A stretch of DNA of 64,000 bases, taken from positions 32,001 to 96,000 of the forward strand of contig JBFJCP010000006.1 of assembly GCA_041615815.1 (NCBI GenBank). The letters run 5' to 3'. The stretch is from Gemmatimonadales bacterium (lineage in GTDB: Bacteria; Gemmatimonadota; Gemmatimonadetes; Gemmatimonadales; GWC2-71-9). Below, in pieces: positions 28,080 to 38,260 of the stretch (the first letter of the stretch is position 1; the number at the start of each line of letters is the position of its first letter). The notes under the pieces are model-generated. The model was given only the letters and a program-made list of their open reading frames with translations. It searched no databases and was not told the origin of the DNA. A program made the translations under genes and the position numbers.

Positions 28080-28145
28080 CTTGAGAGGCGTGAGAGCGGG
28101 CTTTGAAGTCCGTCTCGCGCAAGCCCCAACATGAGAGGAATTCGA

Positions 28146-29213
28146 ATGAAGGTTTGGTTGCACGCTGTGCTCGTCTGTGCCCTCATCGGTGGCGTCACCG
28201 TGGGGGTCGAGGCGCAGCAAACACTGGTATTGGAAAACGGAGACCGGCTGACCGGCCAGCTCAAGAGTATCGGCGGTGGGCGTTGGGTGTTTGCCCATCC
28301 CGGGGGCGAGGTAACCGTGGCGGCCGCCAATGTCACCTCCTTCACGACGAGCGAACCGCTGGGACTCCGGCTAGGTGATGGGACGATTCTCGCTGCGTCG
28401 GTTACGACCGTTGGGACCGCTCTTCGTCTCACCGCAGCAGACGGGACGACGAGGACCGTAGCACCGAGCGATCTGGCTGCGGTCGGGGACCCCGCCAATC
28501 TCGCAGCGCTCGAGCCGCTCGAGATCGGCTATTTCAGCCCCTTGGGCATGTTCTGGGGCGCCACGGCGAGTCTGGGATTCTCGGACAAGAGCGGGAACAG
28601 CCGTTCACGTGGCCTCTCTCTCGCCCTGGAAGTGGGGCGGCGAAGCCCGAAGGACCGTCTCACGTTCAAGGCGGGGCTGGCGCGTGAGGAGGCTCGTCTC
28701 CAGGGCAACGACTTCGAAACCACCGTGGAAAAGTACTTTGGATCGCTCAGGCTGGACGTGTTCATTGGGCCGAGGTTCTTCGTATTCGGTGTGACAGGGC
28801 AGGAGCGTGATCAGTTCCAGGACATCGATCTCCGCTCGACGTACAACGCAGGCCTTGGATATCAAATTCTGGCGACGGACCTCACGGACCTGCGGTGGTA
28901 CGCCTCCGGTGGTGTCCGATCGGAGAATTTCACTTCGGGCGGGAGTACCTCGACGGGCGTTCTCGCCACTGGAGCGGCGGTTCAGCAGTCGATTGGGCCG
29001 GCGGTGTTCAGTTGGACGGGAGACTTTGCGCCGAGCGTTGAGAACTTCCGGGACTATCGGTTCGTCTCCGACGCGAGCCTCACGACGACGGTATACAAGG
29101 GTCTCGGGTTTCGCATCGGCCTGCGTAACGAACTGAACAACAATCCCCGTCCAGGAGTAGAAAAGCACGACATGCTCGTCACCACGACGCTGACCTATAC
29201 GATTGGACGGTAG
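28146..29213 (+). CDS. DUF481/YdiY-like outer-membrane beta-barrel
   Basis: Signal peptide; LENGDRLTG N-domain; SGNS, ERDQFQDIDLR, GLGY, terminal TTLTYTI strand. Confidence 0.8.
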   Translation: MKVWLHAVLVCALIGGVTVGVEAQQTLVLENGDRLTGQLKSIGGGRWVFAHPGGEVTVAAANVTSFTTSEPLGLRLGDGTILAASVTTVGTALRLTAADGTTRTVAPSDLAAVGDPANLAALEPLEIGYFSPLGMFWGATASLGFSDKSGNSRSRGLSLALEVGRRSPKDRLTFKAGLAREEARLQGNDFETTVEKYFGSLRLDVFIGPRFFVFGVTGQERDQFQDIDLRSTYNAGLGYQILATDLTDLRWYASGGVRSENFTSGGSTSTGVLATGAAVQQSIGPAVFSWTGDFAPSVENFRDYRFVSDASLTTTVYKGLGFRIGLRNELNNNPRPGVEKHDMLVTTTLTYTIGR

Positions 29214-29247
29214 GCCGTTGCGTGAAGGGGACCGGCGGGTCACAATG

Positions 29248-29275
29248 AACGAGCGGCGACGAGCCGCTCGTTTTT
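29248..29275 (+). terminator. Intrinsic terminator after DUF481-like gene
   Basis: AACGAGCGGC-gacga-GCCGCTCGTT running into a T-tract. Confidence 0.7.
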
Positions 29276-29311
29276 GGTGCCGGTGAATGAGGGTGTTGAA
29301 TAGAGGGGGCG

Positions 29312-29710
29312 ATGGAGCTTTACGCGGGCCCGTTCGTGACCATACGCCACGACGCCGACGCGGGCCTCGTGGCGCTGGAATGGACCGCGAGGTCCGCCCA
29401 GATGGCACCTGCCGATTTCAAACAGGCGCTGGAACAATTTGTCGAGCATATCGAAGCAAGAGGGGCGCGTCGGCTTCTGGTCGATGTCCGTGCCTTTCAC
29501 TTCGAGGTCACGCCGGATCTTACGATTTGGCGAGATGAGCGGATCTCACGGCGCTACAACGACGCGGGCGTCGACCGCCTGGCCTACGTCGTCCGTGAGG
29601 GTTTCCCAGTGCCGCGGTACGACGGTAAGCCCCTGTCCAAGCAGGAGCTCTTTCGCACCCGGTTCTTTACATCGATGGCGGAGGCTCGCCGCTGGCTTCT
29701 CCGCTCCTGA
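29312..29710 (+). CDS. Small STAS/SEC14 (SpoIIAA-like) hypothetical protein
   Basis: LLVDVR, W..E, AGVDRLAYVV, RFF..EARRWL pattern. Confidence 0.65.
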   Translation: MELYAGPFVTIRHDADAGLVALEWTARSAQMAPADFKQALEQFVEHIEARGARRLLVDVRAFHFEVTPDLTIWRDERISRRYNDAGVDRLAYVVREGFPVPRYDGKPLSKQELFRTRFFTSMAEARRWLLRS

Positions 29711-29768
29711 CCGCTCCCGGGTTGTCCGAGAGTTGGACGATTCACCGCGGTCCCCCCACTGAACGCGT

Positions 29769-30155
29769 TTAGCGTCGGCGCTTCTTTCTCCGTTTGCTGG
29801 CGAGTTCCCTGGCGGTGAGGCTGGCGGCTGCCGTGAGGCCAGCCGCGGCCGCCGCGGCTCCGGCGCCCTTCAAGATATCCCCGGTCTTCTTGAGTCGCTG
29901 CTTCGCTTTCCGGCTTCGGGCCACCTGCTTCGCCTTCTGTCTGGCCTTTTGAACCGCCTGCTTGGCGCGCTTGGCCATTTTGGCCGTGGCCTGCTTGGCG
30001 CGTTTCGCGCCCCGAGCGGTTGCCCGCTTGGCTCGTTTCGTGCCTTTCTTGATCGCCTTTCGGGCGCGCTTGGCCGTCTTACGGGCAGTGGCCTTGGCGC
30101 TCTTTTTCACCGGTTTTCTCGCCCGCTTGGTGGCTTTCTTCCGTGCTGCAGCCAT
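29769..30155 (-). CDS. Histone H1-like Lys/Arg/Ala-rich basic protein
   Basis: Repeated KKATKRARK/KRAKQA units; strong RBS GGGAGG before ATG 30155. Confidence 0.7.
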   Translation of the reverse strand: MAAARKKATKRARKPVKKSAKATARKTAKRARKAIKKGTKRAKRATARGAKRAKQATAKMAKRAKQAVQKARQKAKQVARSRKAKQRLKKTGDILKGAGAAAAAAGLTAAASLTARELASKRRKKRRR

Positions 30156-30218
30156 CTGTTTCCTCCCTGTAGCGATGGGGTCCACGACACTGTGGCCGGG
30201 ACAATATAGCGCCGTCGG

Positions 30219-31529
30219 TCAAGTCCCTTCGGGACGTGAGAGCCGATATATGAGCAATGCGGCTCGTTTCGTGACCACGGGTAGGGAAGTGAGGTCGACC
30301 CGCTCCTCGAGAGTGTGTCCCCCCGAGCCCACGACACCCAACCCATCGAGAGCATCGATGTACGGCGCCACGAAGGACACGTCCGCCGCGCCGCGCCGTC
30401 CAGGATCGACCGCTTCAATGGAGCCATGCCCGAGGTCACGGTTCACGCTGTCGAGCGCCTCGAGCAATGCGTAGTTGCCCGGGGTCGGTGCCATGGGAGG
30501 GTACGAGTCCCGATAAGTGATGTCCGCGGTCGTGCCGGGAAGACCGCGGGCAAGGACGCCCCGCATCCGTTCCTTCGTTCGCTCCCGCTGTTCTACGGTC
30601 AGTGTCCGGAGGTCGCCCGCCACAGTCACGATTTGGGGTATGACGTTGGTCTTTCCGAAGGCGATACCTCGGGCATGGGCCGTATCGTAACTCACCTGCG
30701 TGCCGCCAAGCACGATGCCGGGTCCGAAGGTGAGATACCGCTCTCCTCGGATCTCTCCATAGAACGCGTTGAGGATTCGTGCCGCCTCATAGATGGCCCC
30801 AGCACCATACTCCTCTCCAAAGATCAGTGACGAGTGGCCGCGTTTCGCGGTGACCTCGAGGGTCCATCCGGTGAACCCTCGTCGCGCTACCGTGGCGGTA
30901 TGCAGGCCTCCGACCCCACCCTCGAAGCCCAAGGCGACATCGCATTGCTGGGCAGCCTCGATGAGATCGCGGCGCGCGACGGAGAGCGGATCGCCCGTGT
31001 CTTCCTCGTCCCCCGTGAAGGCGACAATGATCCGAGTCCCTTCGAGTGCCCCAGCCGCATGCAGTGCCTTTAGCGCAAAGAGTGCGACGACGTTGCCGCC
31101 TTTCATGTCCTCCGTGCCTGGTCCCCTGGCCACCGAATCCGTATGCTCGAACCGCTGGAAAGGACTGTCCTCCTCGAAGACCGTATCGAGATGGCCGATC
31201 AGCAAGACACACCGTCCGTGGCCGCCTTGGTATTCCGCGAAGAGATGCCCGGCCCGATTGACGGAGTCCGGCATCTCGATCCATTGCGTCGTGAATCCCA
31301 ACGCGTCGAGCTCGGTGCCGAAAACCTGCCCGACGACACGTACTCCTTCGTGGTTCATGGTGCCACTGTTGATGTTGACGACGCGCTCCAGAAACCTGAT
31401 CGCGTCCGCGCCGTGTTCGTCCACGTACTGCACGATCCGCTGTTCCGGTGGCGTCAGCGTTTGGGCTGGCAAGGGCATAGCGGTCCAACCGATGAGGGCA
31501 CCGGCCACGCAACCGGTAGCGACACGCAT
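30219..31529 (-). CDS. Exported M20 family metallopeptidase (glutamate carboxypeptidase-like)
   Basis: IGHLDTVF, GPGTEDMKGG, GDEE, GHSS, GAADVS, GGHT..E. Confidence 0.88.
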   Translation of the reverse strand: MRVATGCVAGALIGWTAMPLPAQTLTPPEQRIVQYVDEHGADAIRFLERVVNINSGTMNHEGVRVVGQVFGTELDALGFTTQWIEMPDSVNRAGHLFAEYQGGHGRCVLLIGHLDTVFEEDSPFQRFEHTDSVARGPGTEDMKGGNVVALFALKALHAAGALEGTRIIVAFTGDEEDTGDPLSVARRDLIEAAQQCDVALGFEGGVGGLHTATVARRGFTGWTLEVTAKRGHSSLIFGEEYGAGAIYEAARILNAFYGEIRGERYLTFGPGIVLGGTQVSYDTAHARGIAFGKTNVIPQIVTVAGDLRTLTVEQRERTKERMRGVLARGLPGTTADITYRDSYPPMAPTPGNYALLEALDSVNRDLGHGSIEAVDPGRRGAADVSFVAPYIDALDGLGVVGSGGHTLEERVDLTSLPVVTKRAALLIYRLSRPEGT

Positions 31530-31613
31530 ACGTTCCATCCTTTCTGGGCCGATGTACAAATGTTACGGACACCGTAATCGGGCGGTCCTGGCCGATGGTA
31601 GCACCTGCGGCCA

Positions 31614-31991
31614 CTACGTGAGATCAACGTAGCGCTCGATATACCAGGTGCCGTCGCCGTCGAGGCGCCAGAGGACGAGATAGCGGCCAGCATGGGATGA
31701 ACGGCGACCGCTCTCGCGCCGGCGAAGGCTCGATGTGAACAGCCCATTTTCTACCGCCCAGTTGCCGGCCACGCGAAGTCGGCTTTTCGAGGGCACGAAA
31801 TCGTACTCGTACTCGTGGAAAAAGGGCTTGAGCCACTGCTGGACAGCTGTCCGTCCATAAATGGCGTCGAGACCAGGTGGAATCCAGACCACGTCCTCTG
31901 TGAGAAGCTGCCCGTACCGTTCCCAATCACCGTCGTTGACAGCCGTGACCCACGACTTCCGTCGAGCGATAATGTTCGCCTCGTCACTCAT
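31614..31991 (-). CDS. NTF2/SnoaL-like (DUF4440/YybH) protein
   Basis: AVNDGD..LLTEDVVWIPP..GR..; GRYLVLWR..DGTWYI. Confidence 0.8.
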   Translation of the reverse strand: MSDEANIIARRKSWVTAVNDGDWERYGQLLTEDVVWIPPGLDAIYGRTAVQQWLKPFFHEYEYDFVPSKSRLRVAGNWAVENGLFTSSLRRRESGRRSSHAGRYLVLWRLDGDGTWYIERYVDLT

Positions 31992-32027
31992 GGCGGCCAC
32001 TCGGGAGAAAGCCCATCCGAAGGTTAC

Positions 32028-32057
32028 TTGACACTTGATCCGGCTTTGTCATATCAC
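32028..32057 (+). promoter_or_regulatory. Candidate sigma70 promoter for gdhA
   Basis: TTGACA (32028) - 18 bp - TATCAC. Confidence 0.45.
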
Positions 32058-32135
32058 GATCGGCCCGCCCATCTTCATGGACAAATGCGCCGATCAGAAG
32101 CATAACTTCAGGGACCACCAACCTGGGTGAGCCGC

Positions 32136-33551
32136 ATGTCCGGCACCTATAGCTTCTTGGAACAAGTCCACCGCGCGTTCGATCGCGCGGCGGCCCACAC
32201 TGCCCATGATCCAACGTTGCTGAGCCAGATCAAGCAATGCAACAGTGTCTACTACGTCACGTTTCCCCTCAAGCGTGACGACGGCACGATCGAGGTCATC
32301 GAGGGTTGGCGGGCGGGGCACAGTTATCATCGATTACCCACCAAGGGCGGCATACGATTCAGTTCACTCGTGAGCGAAGACGAAGTGATGGCGCTTGCGT
32401 CACTCATGAGTTACAAGTGCGCCATTGTGGATGTCCCGTTTGGAGGAGCCAAAGGCGGAGTCCGAATTTCCCGCCGGAAGTACTCGGAACAGGAACTGGA
32501 GCGCATCACTCGGAGATACACCTTCGAGCTGGTCAGGAAGAACTTCATGGGACCGGGTGTGGACGTGCCAGCCCCCGACTACGGCACCGGCCCCTCGGAG
32601 ATGTCCTGGATCGCGGACACGTTCATCACGCTTTCAGGAGGAGAACTGAACGCGCTGGCGTGTGTCACAGGGAAGCCGGTGAGCTTGGGTGGGATTCGAG
32701 GTCGCATGGAAGCGACCGGGCGTGGCGTGTTCTTCGGGATCCGGGAGGCATGCAGGGTTCCGGAGGACATGAAGGTCTTGGGACTGGAGGCCGGTCTGGA
32801 CGGCAAGCGGATCGTGGTCCAGGGACTGGGCAATGTGGGGTATCACGCGGCGAAGTTCCTGGAGGAGGGCGGTGCCGTTATCGTGGGCATCGCGGAGTAT
32901 GAGGGCGCCATTTGCGACGGCAATGGTCTGGAGCTCGAGAAGGTAGTCGCACACCGCCGAGAGACCGGCTCCATTCTCGATTTTCCCGGTGCCACGAACA
33001 TCGCAGAGTCCGCGCAGGCACTCGAGCTCGATTGTGATATTTTGGTGCCGGCCGCCCTCGAGAATCAGATTACGGCAGACAATGCACCGCGCGTCAAGGC
33101 GAAAATCATCGCGGAGGCGGCAAACGGCCCGACGACGACCGAAGCTGAAGCGATTCTCACCGCTCGGAACGTCATGATCATACCGGACACGTACCTGAAT
33201 GCGGGCGGCGTGACGGTCTCATACTTCGAGTGGCTGAAGAATCTCTCGCACGTGCGCTTCGGCCGGATGCAGAAGCGGCGTGAGCAGTCCGCCGCCGTAC
33301 GGCTGATGGAAGCGGTGGAACATTTGACGGGGAGGGAATTCTCGGATCTGGAAATGGAAACGTCCACACGCGGGGCGGACGAGGAAGATCTAGTGAACTC
33401 CGGTCTCGAGGAGACGATGGTCAATGCCTACACACAGGTTCGCACAATCCGGGATCGTCTCGACGACTCCGTGGATCTCCGCACTGCGGCGCTGATCAAC
33501 GCCATCGACAAGATTGCGATGGATTACAAACAGCGCGGGATCTTCCCTTAG
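32136..33551 (+). CDS. gdhA: Glu/Leu/Phe/Val dehydrogenase (glutamate dehydrogenase)
   Basis: [52 protein letters not shown]. Confidence 0.92.
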   Translation: MSGTYSFLEQVHRAFDRAAAHTAHDPTLLSQIKQCNSVYYVTFPLKRDDGTIEVIEGWRAGHSYHRLPTKGGIRFSSLVSEDEVMALASLMSYKCAIVDVPFGGAKGGVRISRRKYSEQELERITRRYTFELVRKNFMGPGVDVPAPDYGTGPSEMSWIADTFITLSGGELNALACVTGKPVSLGGIRGRMEATGRGVFFGIREACRVPEDMKVLGLEAGLDGKRIVVQGLGNVGYHAAKFLEEGGAVIVGIAEYEGAICDGNGLELEKVVAHRRETGSILDFPGATNIAESAQALELDCDILVPAALENQITADNAPRVKAKIIAEAANGPTTTEAEAILTARNVMIIPDTYLNAGGVTVSYFEWLKNLSHVRFGRMQKRREQSAAVRLMEAVEHLTGREFSDLEMETSTRGADEEDLVNSGLEETMVNAYTQVRTIRDRLDDSVDLRTAALINAIDKIAMDYKQRGIFP

Positions 33552-34168
33552 GAAGCCGTTTCTCCGTCCTGAAGAAACGCCCGACGGATGATCACGGGCT
33601 CGACCGGCAGGTCACCAAATCGCCCTTGCCGCCGTGTGGGACCGGTCGCAATGGCATCCACGACGTCCATGCCCTCGATGACGCGGCCGAACACAGTGTA
33701 GCCCCAGCCCTCGAAGGTCTGCTCCCGAAAATCGAGCTTGTCGTTGTCCTTCACATTGATGAAGAACTCGCTCGTGGCGCTGTGAGGGTCTCCCGTGCGC
33801 GCCATGGCGACCGTGCTTCTGCGGTTCTGGAGCCCATTCTGCGCTTCGTTTGCGACGCCCATGACGGATGTCTTGCGACTCTGCATGTCCTCTGTCAGGA
33901 GCCCAGCCTGAATCACGAAGTCCTCGATGACCCGATGGAAGATCAGTCCGTCGTAGAAGCCTGACCGTACGTGGAGGAGGAAGTTGCTGACGGTCTCGGG
34001 CGCCCGCTCGGGTTCGAGCTCCATGACGATGCGGCCCCTGGTGGTCTCGAGCACGACAATGGGCCTCGCCGCCGCCTCAGACTGCTGCACTGATGGCTCA
34101 CTCTGGGGCCGATCGGTACCGCAAGCTGGCAACAGGGTGGCAATCAGGAGGGCAACGCCCCGCCTCAT
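33548..34168 (-). CDS. Cyclophilin-type peptidyl-prolyl isomerase, lipoprotein
   Basis: Lipobox [42 protein letters not shown]. Confidence 0.9.
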   Translation of the reverse strand: MRRGVALLIATLLPACGTDRPQSEPSVQQSEAAARPIVVLETTRGRIVMELEPERAPETVSNFLLHVRSGFYDGLIFHRVIEDFVIQAGLLTEDMQSRKTSVMGVANEAQNGLQNRRSTVAMARTGDPHSATSEFFINVKDNDKLDFREQTFEGWGYTVFGRVIEGMDVVDAIATGPTRRQGRFGDLPVEPVIIRRAFLQDGETAS

Positions 34169-35595
34169 AGCTCGCCGGTGGGAAGTTGGATCTTGTGGCC
34201 TTTGGCGCGGAGGGCGGATGCCAACCCCGCCTTCTCGACGGACCTCATATACGCCTCCTCCGGGGCCACGAGCCTTTTCTCGACCAACTCCAACAACGAA
34301 TCGTTGAGCGTCGACATCCCGACTTTCTTGTTGGTCTGGATGATCGAGGGAATCTGGAAGGTCTTCCCCTCGCGGATGAGATTCGACACCGCCGGGGTCG
34401 TCAGCAGAATCTCCCACGCCGCCACCCGACCACCCTGGATCTTCCTGCAGAGTGTCTGCGCGATGACTCCGCGGAGCGATTCCGACAACATGGTCCGGAT
34501 TTGTCCCTGCCGATCAGCAGGGAACTGGTCGATCATCCGATCAACGGTCGAGGCGGCCGTCGTGGTGTGAAGCGTGCCGAACACGAGGTGGCCCGTCTCG
34601 GCGGTCTCGATCGCGATGGCCGTTGTCTCCAAGTCTCGAAGCTCACCCACCAGCACCACGTCCGGGTCTTCACGCAACGCCGCCCGTAGCGCCACCTTGA
34701 AGCTCTCCGTGTGCGAGCCGACCTCCCGCTGCGTGACGAGGCATTTCTTGTTCTCGTGAACGAACTCGATGGGATCCTCGATGGTGATGACGTGATCTGT
34801 GCGAGTGCGATTAATGAGGTCGATGAGGGCACACAGCGTCGTGGATTTTCCGGATCCCGTTGGACCCGTCACTAAGACGAGGCCTTTCGTAAGGTAGCAA
34901 AGCTGCTGTACTTCCTTGCTGATCCCCAGATCCTCGACCGTAATGATGTCGACCGGAATCACGCGCAACACGGCCACGGGGCCCTTCCGATCCCGAGCCA
35001 CGTTGACCCGGAAGCGCGCGACCCCGTCGATTTGATAGCCGAAGTCCGAATCACCGCTCTCACGCCACTGCCTCTGGTTGCGAGGGGGCAGAATCCCAAT
35101 GAGCATCTGCTCCATCTCTGCGGCTGTGAGAGCCGGTCCCGCTTGACGAACTATCTCGCCATGCACCCGGAAAAACGGTGGCTCCCCTACCCGGAGATGT
35201 AGGTCCGAGCCCTGTGCTTTCACGAGCGACTTGAGGAGGGTGTTGATGCGCGCCGCGTCACCGCCGCCGCCGCTCGACGGCCTGCCGGTACCGTTGGCCG
35301 GACTGATGACCGCCGTCAGCCCGCCGCTCCCCCGCGTGACCTGCACGCGGACGAGACCGGCGGCCGCCTCATAGGCAAATTCGGTATCGGCGTCCTGGTT
35401 CAACTGGTCCGCGATGGCCGGAGGTGCTACCTCCTGCATCAGGACGAAGATTTGCTGCGCGCTCACCGGCTGCCGGCTCAAACGCCGGGGCTTCCCGTCC
35501 TTTACGAGGATGGCGGGTTCGTTGGCGGTGAACCGAAGCTCCTCTCCCTCCTCATCAAACAATCGCTTGACAAAAGGGTCGATCCGCGAGGGCAT
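34165..35595 (-). CDS. pilT: PilT/PilU-family twitching ATPase with duplicated N-terminal domain
   Basis: GSDLHL, GPTGSGKSTT, TIEDPIE, ALREDPD, GELRD, TGHLVFGTLH, SNLIRE. Confidence 0.9.
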   Translation of the reverse strand: MPSRIDPFVKRLFDEEGEELRFTANEPAILVKDGKPRRLSRQPVSAQQIFVLMQEVAPPAIADQLNQDADTEFAYEAAAGLVRVQVTRGSGGLTAVISPANGTGRPSSGGGGDAARINTLLKSLVKAQGSDLHLRVGEPPFFRVHGEIVRQAGPALTAAEMEQMLIGILPPRNQRQWRESGDSDFGYQIDGVARFRVNVARDRKGPVAVLRVIPVDIITVEDLGISKEVQQLCYLTKGLVLVTGPTGSGKSTTLCALIDLINRTRTDHVITIEDPIEFVHENKKCLVTQREVGSHTESFKVALRAALREDPDVVLVGELRDLETTAIAIETAETGHLVFGTLHTTTAASTVDRMIDQFPADRQGQIRTMLSESLRGVIAQTLCRKIQGGRVAAWEILLTTPAVSNLIREGKTFQIPSIIQTNKKVGMSTLNDSLLELVEKRLVAPEEAYMRSVEKAGLASALRAKGHKIQLPTGEL

Positions 35596-35599
35596 CTAT

Positions 35600-36082
35600 T
35601 TACTCCAGGGGGCGGACGAAGACTACCTGGTTTCGATTGACGTAATGCGTTTCGTTTTCGGAAGCGACGGCAAAAAACGGACTCGGGGCTGCGTTCAAGA
35701 AGTCGAGGAGGCGGGCACGGGTCTCCGGCATTTCGATCTGTACCGAGCCGGCAAACTTGGCCCCGTTTGTCAGGGCCACCTCCACGCCCTCGGCCCGTGC
35801 CGTGCTCAGCCGATCGGGATCCTCCACGTCATCGGTCTGTGCTACTACCACACAAAGCGTCTGTGCCTTCGCGATGAGCAGAATCTGTCCCTCGTCGGTA
35901 CGGAAAGGGAACACTTCCTCTGTCCGGTTGAGCATCTCGAGTGGTGTCTCCCCGCCGCTGTGCTGGGGTGCCCGGGGAATCAAGAAAAGTACGCCGCTGT
36001 GACGCTCCCCGTGCGCCAACTCGATTTGGGCAGGCACGGTGGTGCGAGGGACCGAGAGCTCCGAGAGCCGAGGATCAACCAT
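35600..36082 (-). CDS. Conserved hypothetical protein (DUF6812-like, two repeated beta modules)
   Basis: RLLDFLN..PFF..YVNR pattern; same strand and 4 bp upstream of pilT. Confidence 0.6.
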   Translation of the reverse strand: MVDPRLSELSVPRTTVPAQIELAHGERHSGVLFLIPRAPQHSGGETPLEMLNRTEEVFPFRTDEGQILLIAKAQTLCVVVAQTDDVEDPDRLSTARAEGVEVALTNGAKFAGSVQIEMPETRARLLDFLNAAPSPFFAVASENETHYVNRNQVVFVRPLE

Positions 36083-36342
36083 GACGGTATAAGATAGTCC
36101 CTTGATTGAGATAGAGGGGATCCCCATCCTGGATGGCGCCCTCCCCGACTTAAGATCGGCCGATCTGCCCAAACCTTGAGGAGGCGGGGAGTTCCGAGCC
36201 GCTCAGCCCCGGGGTATCCCCCCTGTGCTCGACCGCGCAAAGGCCTCGAGCCCGAGGGCCGGATGAAATCTCGGGCGTCCCGCGCACCGAGCGCTCGTGC
36301 TCGCTGCCCAAGGCAGGGGATAAAACTCGACGACTGGGCGAG

Positions 36343-37659
36343 CTAGTCGGCGGGACCGGACGGTGCCAGCCGACGCGTCAGAAAATGCCAAGCGAGCCCG
36401 ACGACCAGGATGCCGAGGCCGACACGCCAGATGGATGGATCGATCCAAAAGGCCAGAAGCAGGCAAGCCGCCAATCCGAACGCTGGGATGGCCGGGGGAT
36501 ACCGCCGGGCCGTCGCGGGAAGGCGTAGAGCCGCGAAACTCACGATGGCATAGTAGACCAATACGCTAAACGCGCTGAGTGACCACGTCACCCGGATGTC
36601 GCGCAGGAGCACGAGTCCAGCCACCGCCACGGCCGTCAGAGCAACGGCCGGTGCGGGATTGGCGGTATTCGGGTCGAGCCGCGCAATGAGCTTGGGGAGA
36701 TCGCCACGCCTGCCCATGGCCAACATCATGCGCGACAGGCCCAGGATTAGGTTGAGCAGGACGCCGATCATCGCCGTGGCAGCGCCCACGGCGATCAGCA
36801 TTGCCAGCCCAGGCAGCTGCGAGCGGCGGGCGACCGCCTCGAGAGGGGCGGCCGTCTCCGCCGTGGCTCGAGCGAAGGCCTGCGGACCCAAAACGCCGAT
36901 TCCCGCAGCCGCGACGGCCACGTAGAGCACGATGGTGATGCCCAGGGTAACGATGACAGCGCGGGGTATCGTGTCCCCGGGGTTGACGACCTCCTCCCCG
37001 AGAGTTGCGATCCGCCCAAAGCCCGTAAAAGCGACGAACATGAGGGCGGTCGCATGACCCACGATGGCGAGCCGTCCCGCCGTCGTGGTTTCCGTAGGGA
37101 AGAGCGCACCGACGCGCGGTCCTTCAGCGACCAACGTGGGAATGCTGCCCATGACGAGCAGGCCCAAGGCCCCAAGAGTGACCGTTACGATGACGGCATT
37201 CACCCGGGCGGACCGCTTCATCCCGCCCAAGACGACCATGGTGAGCAGTCCCACTGCGCCCAAAGCCACCGGAAGTCGCCAAATTGTCTGGGAGCCACCC
37301 ACCGCGTCCACGAGATATCCGGCGAGACCGAGCGCGGCGGTGGCGGCTGAAGCCGTCTTGGCGAACAAGAACATCCACCCCGCGGTGAACCCCAACCAGG
37401 GGGTAAGCAGCCGATACCCGTACTCGTAGGCACTTCCGCTGACGGGGTACTGAGCCGCGAGCTGGGCGGTCGCGAGCCCAACACACGTTGCCACGAGGCC
37501 GGCAAGGACAATGCCGATCAGAACCGCGGAGCCGGCGACGTCGACCGCGATCCCAACACTGACGAAGACCCCGGTTCCCACGATGGAGCCGAGACCGAGG
37601 AGCACCGCCTCGCGGAGCCCCACGACGCGGTCGAGTCGCTGCTTTGAAGAGGGAGGCAT
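36343..37659 (-). CDS. APC family amino acid permease
   Basis: GSIVGTGVF, YPVSGSAYEY, FVAFTGFGRIATLGEE, TIPRA. Confidence 0.9.
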   Translation of the reverse strand: MPPSSKQRLDRVVGLREAVLLGLGSIVGTGVFVSVGIAVDVAGSAVLIGIVLAGLVATCVGLATAQLAAQYPVSGSAYEYGYRLLTPWLGFTAGWMFLFAKTASAATAALGLAGYLVDAVGGSQTIWRLPVALGAVGLLTMVVLGGMKRSARVNAVIVTVTLGALGLLVMGSIPTLVAEGPRVGALFPTETTTAGRLAIVGHATALMFVAFTGFGRIATLGEEVVNPGDTIPRAVIVTLGITIVLYVAVAAAGIGVLGPQAFARATAETAAPLEAVARRSQLPGLAMLIAVGAATAMIGVLLNLILGLSRMMLAMGRRGDLPKLIARLDPNTANPAPAVALTAVAVAGLVLLRDIRVTWSLSAFSVLVYYAIVSFAALRLPATARRYPPAIPAFGLAACLLLAFWIDPSIWRVGLGILVVGLAWHFLTRRLAPSGPAD

Positions 37660-37699
37660 GTCAGGTGCCGACCGGCGCAAGTGTCGGGCCAGGGGTGCG

Positions 37700-38185
37700 C
37701 TACGACATCCGCTTTGCCGACCGGATGACGACGTTGTCGATCGGAACGTCGTCGTAGGGTCCCCGCCGTCCCGTGTTCACCTCAGCGATCTTGTCGATGA
37801 CGTCCATCCCCTCGACCACCCGAGCAAACACCGCGTACCCGAAATCTCTCGTGCCGTGGTCGAGGAACGCGTTATCGGCCAGGTTGATGAAGAATTGCGA
37901 CGTTGCGCTGTTGACGTCGCTCGTGCGCGCCATGGAAAGCGTTCCGCGCCCATTCTTCAAGCCGTTGTCCGCCTCGTTTTTGATGGGAGCCCGGGTAGCC
38001 TTCTCCTCGAAGCCTTCGGTCAGACCACCGCCCTGGATGACGAAGCCAGGAACGATCCGGTGGAAAATGGTCCCGTCGTAGAATCCGGCGTCGACGTATG
38101 CGAGAAAGTTATCGACGGTGAGGGGTGCATCCTTTGGGAACAGCTCGAGCGTGACGTCACCGTGGGTGGTGGCGAGAACGACCAT
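37700..38185 (-). CDS. Cytoplasmic cyclophilin-type peptidyl-prolyl isomerase
   Basis: [40 protein letters not shown]. Confidence 0.93.
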   Translation of the reverse strand: MVVLATTHGDVTLELFPKDAPLTVDNFLAYVDAGFYDGTIFHRIVPGFVIQGGGLTEGFEEKATRAPIKNEADNGLKNGRGTLSMARTSDVNSATSQFFINLADNAFLDHGTRDFGYAVFARVVEGMDVIDKIAEVNTGRRGPYDDVPIDNVVIRSAKRMS

Positions 38186-38260
38186 GGGGCCTCCAAAGGG
38201 ATGAGTTCCGTCCCAAAGTAACCGACTGACCCCGGGGAGCCACCGCACCACGAGTCGCTC

